A DNA stretch of 64,000 bases from Isoptericola halotolerans (GCF_013149785.1 NZ_JABEZU010000001.1:1240001-1304000); one strand, 5' to 3'; positions 1-9,690 are shown, numbered from the stretch's first letter. A program made the numbers and translations. Notes: a model not told the origin generated them from the letters alone.

Positions 1-873
1 CTGGACGAGGTCTGCCAGGTCTTCGATGCGCCGTTCGTCGCGCTCGGCGGCGACGAGGTGCCGACCACCACCTGGCAGGGGCGCCCCGACATCGTGGAGC
101 GGGCCGCGGCACTGGGCCTGACGACCGACGGCGCCCCGGACGTCGCGCGGCTGCACGGCTGGTTCCTCGCCCGCCTCGCCGACCACCTGCGCACCCGGGG
201 ACGCCGCGCCCTCGTGTGGGACGAGGCCTTCGGCCCGGACCTGCCCCAGGATGCCGTCGTCCTCGCCTGGCGTGGTCACACCGTCGCCCTGGACGCGCTC
301 GCCGCGGGGCACGACGTCGTCCTGGCGCCCGAGCAGGAGGTGTACCTCGACCACCGTGCCGCCGATGGACCGGACGAGCCCGTGCCCGTCGGGTTCGTGC
401 GCACCACCGCCGACGTCTACGCCTTCGAGGTGATGCCACGGGCCGCGCGGGCCGCGCGCCCCGACCTGCCGGCGGTTCTGCCGGGACGGCTGCTGGGCGC
501 CCAGGCCCAGGTGTGGACCGAGCACCTGGACTCCGCGCGGCGCGTCGACTACGCCGCGTTCCCCCGGCTGGCGGCCTTCGCCGAGGCCGTCTGGACCACC
601 GACCCCACCCCGCGCGGCCTCGGCGGGACGGCTTCCGCGGCGTTCCTGGAGCGCCTGCACGACGCCCACCTGCCACGGCTCGCCGCGGCCGGGGTCGAGT
701 TCCGCCCCCCGGGCGGCCCGCACCCGTGGCAGCAGCGGCCCGGCGTCGAGGGGCGGCCGCGCGACCTGGCCGCCGAGCGCGCCGTCGCGGGCTGGGACGG
801 TCTCGGCGGATGGGTCGCCGGGCGTGACGGGGCCGAGCCGGAGCAGGCGGCCACCCCCGGGGGCGCGGCATGA
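1..873 (+). CDS. beta-N-acetylhexosaminidase, GH20 (5' truncated by window edge)
   Basis: Frame open from base 1 with catalytic LGGDEV; also LVWDE, YLD, GAQAQVWTE and FPRLAAFAE GH20 motifs; stop overlaps next ATG (ATGA). Confidence 0.9.
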   Translation: MDEVCQVFDAPFVALGGDEVPTTTWQGRPDIVERAAALGLTTDGAPDVARLHGWFLARLADHLRTRGRRALVWDEAFGPDLPQDAVVLAWRGHTVALDALAAGHDVVLAPEQEVYLDHRAADGPDEPVPVGFVRTTADVYAFEVMPRAARAARPDLPAVLPGRLLGAQAQVWTEHLDSARRVDYAAFPRLAAFAEAVWTTDPTPRGLGGTASAAFLERLHDAHLPRLAAAGVEFRPPGGPHPWQQRPGVEGRPRDLAAERAVAGWDGLGGWVAGRDGAEPEQAATPGGAA

Positions 874-2483
874 ACCGATGGTCCGTCGACGTCGTGCGCG
901 GGGCGGTGCTGCCCCGGCCGGACGGCAGCCTCACGGCTCCGCAGGACGTGCTGCTCGACGGCGGTCGGGTGCGTGCCGTCGAACGCGCCGGGCGGCGGCA
1001 CGGTGAGCGGGTGCTCGACGCCGAGGGCCGGCTCGTGCTGCCCGGGTTCGTCGACGCCCACGTCCACGGCGGCGGCGCCGTGTTCGACCCGGGCGTGCAG
1101 CACGCGCTGCTGCGCCAGGGCGTCACGGCGATCGTCACCGGGGCCGACGGGGTCGGGTTCGCGCCGTCCGACGACGCGGGTGCCGCCTGGGCCGCCGACT
1201 ACTTCGCCGGGATCGACGGGGACCACCCGGGCTTCGGCGGTGGGAGCCTCGCCGGGCTGCTGGCCACCTACGACGGCGCGACACCGGTCAACGTCGCGGC
1301 GCTCGTGCCGCACGGCACGCTGCGCCGGACCGTCGTCGGCACCGACCCGCGCGCGGCCACACCCGGGGAGATCTCGCGCATGGTCGCGATGGCCCGGCAG
1401 GGCTTCGCGGACGGTGCCGTCGGTCTGTCGACCGGCCTGGAGTACGTCCCGGCGGCCTGGGCTCGCGACGACGAGCTGCGCGCGGTCGTCGCCGTGGCGG
1501 CCGAGCACGGGCTGCCGCACGTGTCGCACATGCGCGGATACGAGGACCGGGCCGGCCCCGCCCTCGCCGAGCTGCTCGACCTGGCGGCAGCCACCGGGGC
1601 TGCCACGCACGTGTCGCACCTGCACGGGCCGGCGGAGCCGATCCTCGCGGTCCTCGACGGCGTCGACGTCACCTTCGACTCCTACCCGTACCTGCGGGGC
1701 TGCTCCCTCCTGGCGATGGTCGCGCTGCCCACGTGGCTGCCCCTCGCCGACCCCGACGCCACGGTCGCGGCCCTGGACGCCCCGGCGAGCGCCCGACGGC
1801 TGCGTGACCACCTCGAGGGCCTGCACGACCTGTGGCCACGGGTGACGCTGGCCTGGGTGCCCGGCCTGGATCCGCACGAGGGTGACGTGGCGGGCCGGGC
1901 CCTGACCGACGTGGCCGCGGACTGGGGCGTGCCGCCGTCGGTCGCGGCCCTGCGTGTCCTGCGTGCCTCCCGGCTGCGGGCCAGCTGTGTCTTCGCGCAG
2001 CCACCCACCGGCACGGCCGCGGCGCTCCGGACCCTCGCGAACCACCCCGGCCACCTCGCCGGCTCGGACGCGATCTACCAGCCCGTCGGAGCGGCGACGG
2101 CGCACGGCCGACCGCACCCGCGCGGGTGGGGTGCCTTCGCCCGGCTGCTGGCCGAGCAGGTGCGCGCCACGGGGGACTGGACGTGGCACGACGCCGCCGA
2201 GCACCTCTCGGCGCGGGCCGCACGCCGGTTCGCCCTGGCCGGGCGTGGCAGCGTCAGCGCGGGCGCCGTCGCCGACCTGGTGCTGGTCGACCCGGAGGCG
2301 GTGGCCGACCGGGCGACCTACGACGACCCTCGCGCCCTCGCCGTCGGCATCGACGACGTCCTCGTCGCCGGCCGGCGGGTGCTCACGGACGGCGAGCTGA
2401 CCCGGGCGCGGCCGGGACGCGGCCTGCGGGCCGCGACCAAGCCCCGGACGGACCGCGCCGACCACGACAGGAGCACGCCATGA
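870..2483 (+). CDS. N-acyl-D-amino-acid deacylase family amidohydrolase
   Basis: PGFVDAHVH, STGLEYVP, SHMR, VSHLH, GSDA, PHPRGWGAF and ADLVLVDP..V.DRATY..P motifs of D-aminoacylases. Confidence 0.88.
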   Translation: MNRWSVDVVRGAVLPRPDGSLTAPQDVLLDGGRVRAVERAGRRHGERVLDAEGRLVLPGFVDAHVHGGGAVFDPGVQHALLRQGVTAIVTGADGVGFAPSDDAGAAWAADYFAGIDGDHPGFGGGSLAGLLATYDGATPVNVAALVPHGTLRRTVVGTDPRAATPGEISRMVAMARQGFADGAVGLSTGLEYVPAAWARDDELRAVVAVAAEHGLPHVSHMRGYEDRAGPALAELLDLAAATGAATHVSHLHGPAEPILAVLDGVDVTFDSYPYLRGCSLLAMVALPTWLPLADPDATVAALDAPASARRLRDHLEGLHDLWPRVTLAWVPGLDPHEGDVAGRALTDVAADWGVPPSVAALRVLRASRLRASCVFAQPPTGTAAALRTLANHPGHLAGSDAIYQPVGAATAHGRPHPRGWGAFARLLAEQVRATGDWTWHDAAEHLSARAARRFALAGRGSVSAGAVADLVLVDPEAVADRATYDDPRALAVGIDDVLVAGRRVLTDGELTRARPGRGLRAATKPRTDRADHDRSTP

Positions 2484-3640
2484 GGATCGACGACCCCGGC
2501 CGGACCTGGCCGTTGCTCACGCTTGACCGCGCCGCCGTCGAGCACAACGTCGCCACCGTGTCCGCGGCGCTGGCGGTCGCGGGCGTCGAGCACGCACCGC
2601 ACGTCAAGACGCACATGTCGCGCGAGCTGTGGGAGCAGCAGGGCGCGGCGGGTGCCTGGGGGGCCACGGTCGCGACCCCCGGCCAGCTCCGCACGGTCCT
2701 GCGCTGGGGCACGGCACGACGGTTGCTGCTCGCCAACGAGCTCGTCGACCCGCGGGACGCGGCCCGGCTGCGGGTCGCGCTCGATGAGGGGGCGGCCGAG
2801 GAGGTGTGGGTCTGCGTGGACTCCGCCCACGGCGTCGAGGTGCTCCGTCGCGCGTTCGACGGCGTGGCCCACCGCAGGCTCGGCGTGCTCGTCGAGCTCG
2901 GCGTCGACGGCGGCCGCACCGGCGTCCGGACCGTCGAGGGGGTGGCGGTGCTCGCCGCCGCGGTCGCCGACGCGGGCCTGCGGGTGGTGGGTGTCAGCGG
3001 CTACGAGGGTCCGGTCGCCTCCGGGACCAGCACCGCGGAGCTGGACGCGGTGGCGCGCTGGTGCGCGTCGCTGGGCGACGCCGGTGCTGCCGTCGAGCAC
3101 CTCGTCGAGGGCCCCGTGGTCCTGTCGGCCGGTGGCAGCGCCTTCGCCGACGTGGTCGTGCGCCGGCTCACCGCGCTCCGCGGCGCGCGGGTGGTCGTGC
3201 GGTCGGGCGCCTACGTGGCGCACGACCAGGGCCACTACGCGCACGCCGACCCGTGGACGCGGCTGGGGGTCGCGCCGCTGCGCCCGGCGATCACCGTGTG
3301 GGCGGCGGTGCTGTCCGCACCGGAGCACGGTCTGGCCGTGTGCGGCCTCGGACGGCGCGACGTCTCGTTCGACCTGCACCTGCCGACACCGCTGGTCGCG
3401 CGCAGCACCGACCACGAGGGACGGTTGGACCGTCCGCGCGCCGTGGACGCCCGGGTGACCGCTCTGGACGACCAGCACGCCTACCTGCGGGTGCCCGACG
3501 ACGACCTGTCCCCGGGGGACGTGGTCGGTTTCGGTGTCTCGCACCCGTGCACCACGTTCGACAAGTACCGCACAGGACTGCTCACCGACGGTGACCAGGT
3601 CACCGGCGTCCTGACGTTCGAGTTCTCGGAGGAACCATGA
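2480..3640 (+). CDS. D-serine deaminase-like PLP enzyme (fold type III; amino-acid/aminosugar-acid deaminase)
   Basis: APHVKTHMS (PLP lysine), GGRTGVR, RSGAYVAHD, DDQHAYL, SHPCTTFDK; ATG at 2480 with AGGAG SD and ATGA overlap. Confidence 0.85.
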   Translation: MRIDDPGRTWPLLTLDRAAVEHNVATVSAALAVAGVEHAPHVKTHMSRELWEQQGAAGAWGATVATPGQLRTVLRWGTARRLLLANELVDPRDAARLRVALDEGAAEEVWVCVDSAHGVEVLRRAFDGVAHRRLGVLVELGVDGGRTGVRTVEGVAVLAAAVADAGLRVVGVSGYEGPVASGTSTAELDAVARWCASLGDAGAAVEHLVEGPVVLSAGGSAFADVVVRRLTALRGARVVVRSGAYVAHDQGHYAHADPWTRLGVAPLRPAITVWAAVLSAPEHGLAVCGLGRRDVSFDLHLPTPLVARSTDHEGRLDRPRAVDARVTALDDQHAYLRVPDDDLSPGDVVGFGVSHPCTTFDKYRTGLLTDGDQVTGVLTFEFSEEP

Positions 3641-4038
3641 CCAAGACCGCCGTGTCGACCTCGCAGGCGCCCGCACCGGCGCACACCTTCCACCAGGGGG
3701 TGCGCCGGGGGCCGTTCGTCCAGGTCTCCGGGCAGGGGCCGGTGGACCCGGCGTCGGGGGAATATCTCCACCCGGGGGACGTCGCGGCACAGACGACGCG
3801 CACGCTGGAGAACGTGCGCGCGATCGTCGAGGCCGCCGGCGCGACGTTCGACGACGTCGTGATGCTGCGGGTCTACCTCACCACGCGCGAGGACTTCGCG
3901 GCGATGAACGAATCCTACGGGGAGTTCGTCGCCCGGCACTGCCCGTCGGGCGTCCTGCCGAGCCGCACCACGGTGATGGTCGGGCTCCCGCGTCCCGAGA
4001 TGCTCGTGGAGATCGACGCCTTCGCTGTCACCGACTGA
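3637..4038 (+). CDS. RidA/YjgF family imine deaminase
   Basis: VSGQGP, AQT..TLEN, FAAMN..Y, PSRTTV, LVEIDA; coupled to upstream gene. Confidence 0.92.
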   Translation: MTKTAVSTSQAPAPAHTFHQGVRRGPFVQVSGQGPVDPASGEYLHPGDVAAQTTRTLENVRAIVEAAGATFDDVVMLRVYLTTREDFAAMNESYGEFVARHCPSGVLPSRTTVMVGLPRPEMLVEIDAFAVTD

Positions 4039-4054
4039 GGCTGCCGCCCGTCTC

Positions 4055-4978
4055 TCAGGGGCCCGGCGTCGGCTCGGTGACGGCAGCTGTGTCGTCCGTA
4101 CCCGGCGCGGTGGACGCCCGCTTGCGGCGACGCACCAGCCGGTAGGCGACGTAGCCGACGACGGCGAGGGCGAGCCAGGGCAGCAGGAAGCCCACGACCA
4201 GCACGACGGTCTCCACGGTCGCGACGAGCGCGTTCCACCCCGTGGACAGCCCGCCGGTGAAGCCGCCGCGAGGGGCGCTGATCTGGGTGGCGGGTGCCTC
4301 GATCTGCACGTGCAGCGTGGACATCGCGACCTGGTCGCTCAGGGCGTCGCGCTGCGCGGACAACGAGTCGAGCTCGGCCTGGCGCTGCGAGAGCTCCCGC
4401 TCGACCTCGAGCAGGTCGGCGGTGGAGCCTGCCGCCGCCAGGAGCTCGGTGAGCCGGTCGGTGGAGGTGGTGAGCGCCGAGATCCGGGCGTCGAGGTCCT
4501 GTCCCTGGCTGGTGACGTCGGTGCTGGACACGTCCATGTCCTGGACGGTGCCCAGGTCCCTGATGGCCTCGACGGCGCTGGACGTGCGGTCGGCGGGGAC
4601 CCGCACCGTCAGGCTGGCCGAGCCGGGGGAGTCGCCGTCGCCCGGGCTCTCGTGCCGTTCCTCGACGTGGCCGCCTGCCTGCTCGACGAGGCGGACCAGC
4701 TCGGCCGCGGTGGCGGTCGGCTCCTCGGAGACCAGCCGCACGTGCCCGGTGACGACGACCTCCCGGTCGACCACGCTGGACGAGCTGCCGCCGTCCTCGG
4801 CGGCGGCGGTGGCGTCCGCGACGGCCGCCGCCTCACCGGCGGACTCCTCGGCGGTCGTGTCGGCGTACCCGGCGTCGGAGTCGTCCGCGCCGGAGCCGGA
4901 GCAGGCCGCGAGCCCGAGGGCGAGGACCGCGGCGACGACGGCGGTCGAGGCGCGACGAGTGAGGGGGTGGATCGGCAT
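4055..4978 (-). CDS. DUF4349-domain lipoprotein
   Basis: Lipobox LAAC, LTVRVP, DVT....DLDARI..L, coiled coil, C-terminal TM (LLPW). Confidence 0.8.
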   Translation of the reverse strand: MPIHPLTRRASTAVVAAVLALGLAACSGSGADDSDAGYADTTAEESAGEAAAVADATAAAEDGGSSSSVVDREVVVTGHVRLVSEEPTATAAELVRLVEQAGGHVEERHESPGDGDSPGSASLTVRVPADRTSSAVEAIRDLGTVQDMDVSSTDVTSQGQDLDARISALTTSTDRLTELLAAAGSTADLLEVERELSQRQAELDSLSAQRDALSDQVAMSTLHVQIEAPATQISAPRGGFTGGLSTGWNALVATVETVVLVVGFLLPWLALAVVGYVAYRLVRRRKRASTAPGTDDTAAVTEPTPGP

Positions 4979-5142
4979 GGGGTCGACTCTAGGCGGCTGA
5001 CCTGCCCAGACGCGCGGTGTGAGAGTGATCGTGATGCGACCGTGCCGTGACCGTGACCTCCGTCCCGGACAGTGGGACGGGCGCTGCCGACCTGATGATT
5101 ACGATCGGGTAACGAAGGTCTGCGGACGATGGACAGGGAGTC

Positions 5143-5163
5143 TGTTAAGACGCTCTACTAACA
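5143..5163. promoter_or_regulatory. Candidate ROK-family operator TGTTA-N11-TAACA
   Basis: AT-rich dyad directly before the ROK regulator start codon in otherwise GC-rich DNA. Confidence 0.55.
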
Positions 5164-5166
5164 AAC

Positions 5167-6318
5167 ATGACCACGACGACGACGCGCACCAGCCGACGGG
5201 GACTGGGCGGCGGTCTGCGAGCCACCTCCAAGGTGCTGCCCGAGCACGCGAGGGCGCACAACCGCTCCCTCGTGCTCCAGCACCTGTTCCACGAGGGCCC
5301 CACGTCGAGGGCCGGCCTGGCGCGGGCGACGGGTCTGACCCGCGTCACGATCTCCGACCTCGTGGGCGTCCTGCTGGCCGAGGATCTCGTCGAGGAGCTC
5401 GGGACGCAGCCGGGCCGCCGGGTGGGCAAGCCGGCGATCCTCGTCGGGATGCGCACCGACGCCTACCAGATCGTCGCGGTCGACCTCTCCGACGACACCA
5501 TGCTGCGCGGCGCCGTGCTGACCCTCACGGGGGAGGCCGTCGTGCGGCAGTCGCTCGAGGTGGGCCCCCGGCGCGGCGACGACCTGGTCGACCTGATCGC
5601 GCGCTTCGCCCGCCGCCTCGTCGCGGCGGCCACTCGTCCCGTCATCGGGGTGGGCGTCGGCTCGCCAGGCGTGGTCGACGGCGCCGGGCGCATCGTCGAG
5701 GCACCGAACGTCGAGTGGCGGGACCTGCCGCTCGCCGCACTCCTCTCCGACCGGCTGGGCCTGCCGGTGCACGTCGCCAACGACGCGAACTCCGCAGCGC
5801 TCGCCGAGTACACCTACGGCGGCGCCGCCGACTCCATGCTGGTGCTCACCGTGGGCCAGGGTGTCGGCGCGGGCGTCATGGTCGACGGCGCCCGGGTGCA
5901 CGGCGCTGCCGACGCGGCCGGCGAGCTCGGGCACGTCACCGCCGTCGACGACGGGCTGCCGTGCGCCTGCGGGCGGACCGGGTGCCTCGAGACCGTCCTG
6001 TCGGTGCCGGCGCTGCGCCGGGCTGTCGACGGTCTCGACCGCGCGACGGCCGACGCGGTGCTGGCCGACGTCGGGCGCACCCTCGGCAAGGCCCTCGCCC
6101 CCGTGGTCGGCGCGCTCAACCTCGGTGAGGTCCTGCTCTCGGGCCCACCGGAGCTGCTCGGTGGGGCGTTGCGTGCCGCGGCCCACGAGACCCTCGTGGC
6201 GCGCACCATGCCGGCCACCGCGGCCGGCCTCAACCTCCGGATGGCGTCGCTGGACGACGACGTCGTGCTCGCCGGCGCTGCCGTGCTCGTGCTCGGTGCC
6301 CAGCTCGGAGTCTCCTGA
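5167..6318 (+). CDS. ROK family transcriptional regulator (NagC/XylR-like)
   Basis: N-terminal HTH (SRAGLARATGLTRVTIS), VANDAN, AGELGH, CACGRTGCLE. Confidence 0.92.
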   Translation: MTTTTTRTSRRGLGGGLRATSKVLPEHARAHNRSLVLQHLFHEGPTSRAGLARATGLTRVTISDLVGVLLAEDLVEELGTQPGRRVGKPAILVGMRTDAYQIVAVDLSDDTMLRGAVLTLTGEAVVRQSLEVGPRRGDDLVDLIARFARRLVAAATRPVIGVGVGSPGVVDGAGRIVEAPNVEWRDLPLAALLSDRLGLPVHVANDANSAALAEYTYGGAADSMLVLTVGQGVGAGVMVDGARVHGAADAAGELGHVTAVDDGLPCACGRTGCLETVLSVPALRRAVDGLDRATADAVLADVGRTLGKALAPVVGALNLGEVLLSGPPELLGGALRAAAHETLVARTMPATAAGLNLRMASLDDDVVLAGAAVLVLGAQLGVS

Positions 6319-6406
6319 CCGTCCCCTGACCTGCCCTTGACCGACTTCCTCCGGTGCCGACCGGCACCGGCCGACCCTTACCCCAATTTGGAAGGAAACC
6401 GAAGCA

Positions 6407-7750
6407 GTGAGAAGAACACGCACCGTCGTCGCTGCGGCGTCGACCATCACGCTCGCCCTCACCCTCGCCGCCTGCAGCACGGACGACGGCCCTGCCGAGT
6501 CCACCGACGGCGAGAACACCGACTCCGCAGAGGTGGAGCCGGCGGACATCACGCTCTGGGTCGCCGGCGGTGACACGCCCGACGAGCTGCGCACCTACCT
6601 CGTCGACACCTTCGCCGAGGAGAACCCTGGCTCCACCCTCTCGATCGAGGAGCAGGACTGGGGCGACCTCGTCACCAAGCTGACGACCGCGCTGCCCGAC
6701 GCCGCCAACACCCCGGACGTCGTCGAGATCGGCAACACCCAGTCGCCGACCTTCACCAACGCCGGCGCCTTCCGGGAGATCTCCCCGGAGCTGTACGAGG
6801 AGCTCGGCGGCGACAACCTGCTGCCGTCGTTCGTCGAGGCCGGCTCCGTCGACGGCACCGTCTACGCGCTGCCGTACTACTTCGGTTCGCGCTACATGTT
6901 CTTCCGCGCGGACATCTGGGACGAGGCCGGTGTCGAGGCCCCCGAGACCCTGGCGGAGTTCACCGACGTCGTCTCCGAGCTGACCACCGACGAGCTGTCC
7001 GGGTTCGCCATGGGCGGCCAGGACTGGCGCAACGGCATCTCCTGGGTCTTCGCCCACGGCGGCGAGCTGGCGGTCAAGGAGGGTGACCAGTGGGTCTCCA
7101 CCCTGTCCGACCCGAACACCGTGGCCGGGCTGGAGATGTGGCAGGACGTCTACGAGGGCGCCTCGAACCTCCCCGCGACCGAGCGTGACGTCGCCTACTG
7201 GGACTTCATGAACGACGCCGAGGACGGCGGGGCTCCCGAGGCCGCGACGATCATGGCGCCGGGCTGGGCCCGCTGGTCCATCGGTGACCTCGTCGAGAAC
7301 GACGAGGGCGACATGGTCCGCGACGGCATGGCCGACGAGTCGACGTTCGACATCTTCGCCCTCCCGGGCGTCGACGGCGGTCTGGCCCCCGTCTTCGCGG
7401 GTGGCTCCAACATGGCGGTGTCGGCCCAGTCCCAGCACCCGGAGCTCTCCGAGAACCTGCTGCGCATCATCTACTCGGACGAGTACCAGACGATGCTCGC
7501 GGAGAACGGGCTCGGCCCGGCCAACACCGAGTTCGCCAGCGCCATGGCCACCGACAAGTTCGGCGAGGTGACGGTCGCGACGGCCGAGGCCTCCAAGCTG
7601 ACCCCGGCCGCCCCGGGCTGGGCCGCCGTCGAGGGCGCCTTCGTCTACGAGGAGCTCTTCCAGAAGATCGCCGAGGGCGGTGACGTGACCGAGATCGCCG
7701 CCGAGTTCGACGAGAAGCTCACGCCGATGCTCAACGGCCAGGCCGGCTGA
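6407..7750 (+). CDS. Sugar ABC transporter substrate-binding lipoprotein (DasA-like, chito-oligosaccharide by context)
   Basis: Lipobox LAAC, PDVVEIGNTQ, YALPYY.G.R, FAGGSN; GAAGGA SD. Confidence 0.88.
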   Translation: MRRTRTVVAAASTITLALTLAACSTDDGPAESTDGENTDSAEVEPADITLWVAGGDTPDELRTYLVDTFAEENPGSTLSIEEQDWGDLVTKLTTALPDAANTPDVVEIGNTQSPTFTNAGAFREISPELYEELGGDNLLPSFVEAGSVDGTVYALPYYFGSRYMFFRADIWDEAGVEAPETLAEFTDVVSELTTDELSGFAMGGQDWRNGISWVFAHGGELAVKEGDQWVSTLSDPNTVAGLEMWQDVYEGASNLPATERDVAYWDFMNDAEDGGAPEAATIMAPGWARWSIGDLVENDEGDMVRDGMADESTFDIFALPGVDGGLAPVFAGGSNMAVSAQSQHPELSENLLRIIYSDEYQTMLAENGLGPANTEFASAMATDKFGEVTVATAEASKLTPAAPGWAAVEGAFVYEELFQKIAEGGDVTEIAAEFDEKLTPMLNGQAG

Positions 7751-7780
7751 CGGTCTCGACCGCACGACCGACCGAACCGA

Positions 7781-7819
7781 CGGGTGGGGCGGCGCTGCCG
7801 AACGGCGCCGCCCCGCCCG
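7781..7819 (+). other. Intercistronic RNA stem-loop after the binding-protein gene
   Basis: 17-bp stem with two G-U pairs and a 5-nt loop. Confidence 0.7.
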
Positions 7820-7845
7820 CCCCATGACCCGGGAAGGAGGACCGC

Positions 7846-8787
7846 ATGACCACGACCACCGGCGAGACCGCCACCTCGGACGGCATCGCGATCCGCCGTC
7901 GGCGCAAGCCGGCCACCCCCTATCTCCTGCTGATCCCCGCCCTCGCGGCCCTCCTGGTCGGCCTGGGGTACCCCGTCTACTGGCAGGTCGTCACCTCGCT
8001 GCAGGAGTACGGCCTCATGCAGCAGTTCGGCGCCCCGCCGCGATTCGTCGGGTTCGACAACTTCGCCCGGATCTTCACCGACTCCCAGGTGTGGTGGGTG
8101 GTCGCGAGGTCGATCGCCTTCTGCCTGGTGAACGCCGGGCTGACCGTCGGCATCGGTCTGGGGCTCGCGGTGCTCATGCGCGCCGTGCACGGCTGGGTGC
8201 GCATCGTCATGCAGGTCACCCTGCTCCTGGCCTGGGCGACCCCGCTGGTCGCCGCCGTGACCGTCTTCCGCTGGTTGTTCGACTACCGCACCGGGGTGGT
8301 CAACTGGTTGCTGGTCCAGCTCGGCTGGGAGTCCATGGCCGGCCACAACTACCTCGAGACGCCCCTGCAGTTCTTCATGGTGGCCTCGTTCATCGTCATC
8401 TGGATGTCCGTGCCCTTCGTGGCGATGTCCATCTACGCCGGGCTCACCCAGGTCTCGGAGGAGGTGCTCGAGGCCGCGCGCCTCGACGGTGCCGGCCCGA
8501 CCCAGATCCTGTGGCTCATCATCATGCCGCTCGTCCGCCCGGTCATCGCGATCGTGCTGCTGCTGCAGATCATCTGGGACCTCCGGGTGTTCGCGCAGAT
8601 CCGGCTGCTGCAGGACGCCGGTGCGCCGGTCTCCGAGACGAACCTGCTGGGGAACTTCATCTACCAGCTCGGCGTGGGCCAGCAGAACTTCGGCGGGGCC
8701 GCGGCCGTGTCGATCTTCGTGCTGCTGCTGACCGTGGTGCTCTCGGCGCCGTACGTGCGCTACCTCATGAAGGAGGACGTGGCATGA
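7846..8787 (+). CDS. Carbohydrate ABC transporter permease
   Basis: FVGFDNF, multiple TMs, EAA loop EAARLDGA. Confidence 0.92.
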   Translation: MTTTTGETATSDGIAIRRRRKPATPYLLLIPALAALLVGLGYPVYWQVVTSLQEYGLMQQFGAPPRFVGFDNFARIFTDSQVWWVVARSIAFCLVNAGLTVGIGLGLAVLMRAVHGWVRIVMQVTLLLAWATPLVAAVTVFRWLFDYRTGVVNWLLVQLGWESMAGHNYLETPLQFFMVASFIVIWMSVPFVAMSIYAGLTQVSEEVLEAARLDGAGPTQILWLIIMPLVRPVIAIVLLLQIIWDLRVFAQIRLLQDAGAPVSETNLLGNFIYQLGVGQQNFGGAAAVSIFVLLLTVVLSAPYVRYLMKEDVA

Positions 8788-9689
8788 GCGCCGTCCTGAC
8801 CCCTGCCGGCCCGACCGTCGCCGCCGCGCACGAACCTCCGAGGCTCCGGGGGCGTCGGGTCCGCCCGGCCAAGATCCTGCTGAGCGTCCTCGGCCTGGCC
8901 CTGGCCCTGCTGTGGGTCTTCCCCGTCTACTGGATGATGCTCTCGGCCGTCACCCCGGACGCGGTGCTGCGCAGCTCCACCCCGAGCTTCCTGCCGGTCC
9001 ACTTCACACTGACCAACCTGCGGTCGGTCCTGACCGACTCCGGGTTCCTCAACGCCCTGGGCATGAGCCTGATGGTCACCGGCCTGGCGCTGGTGCTGGT
9101 GCTGGTGTTCGCCTTCTTCGCCGCCCTGGCGATCAGCCGGTGGCGGTTCCGGGGGCGCAAGAGCTTCATCCTCGCCGTGCTGTTCATCCAGATGCTCCCG
9201 GCCGAAGGGCTGTTCATCGCCCAGTACCAGATGATGTCCAGCCTCGGTCTGCTCAACCAGGTCGTCGGGATCTCCGTGCTGTACGTGGCCATGCTCGTGC
9301 CGTTCACGATCTGGATGCTGCGCGGCTTCGTCGCGGGGGTGCCGATCGAGCTGGAGGAAGCCGCGATGGTCGACGGGCTGTCCCGGACCAAGGCCTTCGT
9401 CCGGATCACCTTCCCGCTGCTGGCCCCCGGGCTGGTCGCCTCCGGGGTGTACGCGTTCCTGCAGGCGTGGAACGAGTTCACGACGGCGCTGGTGATCCTG
9501 CCGGCGGAGTCGGCCCAGACGCTGCCCATCTGGCTGCGCAGCTTCCTGTCCGCGTCGGCGAACCGCGGCATCGACTGGGCCGAGGTCATGGCGGCCTCCA
9601 CCCTCATCGCGGTCCCCGTCATCGTCTTCTTCCTCTTCGTGCAGGGCCGCATGACGTCGGGCCTCGTCTCGGGCGCGGTGAAGGGCTGA
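8784..9689 (+). CDS. Carbohydrate ABC transporter permease
   Basis: FPVYWM, ELEEAAMVDG, AWNEF, C-terminal GAVKG; ATG 8784 with AGGAGG SD and ATGA overlap. Confidence 0.92.
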   Translation: MSAVLTPAGPTVAAAHEPPRLRGRRVRPAKILLSVLGLALALLWVFPVYWMMLSAVTPDAVLRSSTPSFLPVHFTLTNLRSVLTDSGFLNALGMSLMVTGLALVLVLVFAFFAALAISRWRFRGRKSFILAVLFIQMLPAEGLFIAQYQMMSSLGLLNQVVGISVLYVAMLVPFTIWMLRGFVAGVPIELEEAAMVDGLSRTKAFVRITFPLLAPGLVASGVYAFLQAWNEFTTALVILPAESAQTLPIWLRSFLSASANRGIDWAEVMAASTLIAVPVIVFFLFVQGRMTSGLVSGAVKG

Positions 9690-9690
9690 C

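Noticed and set aside
5019..5060. Short CGTGA/GTGAC reiterations upstream of DUF4349
   Set aside because: Irregular, low complexity and too short to support a call
7824..9689. Apparent large fusion proteins in the ORF track (also 40919..43606, 46573..49362, 37294..39480, 2126..3640)
   Set aside because: The true starts lie downstream at SD or overlap sites; the extensions run through neighbouring genes out of frame
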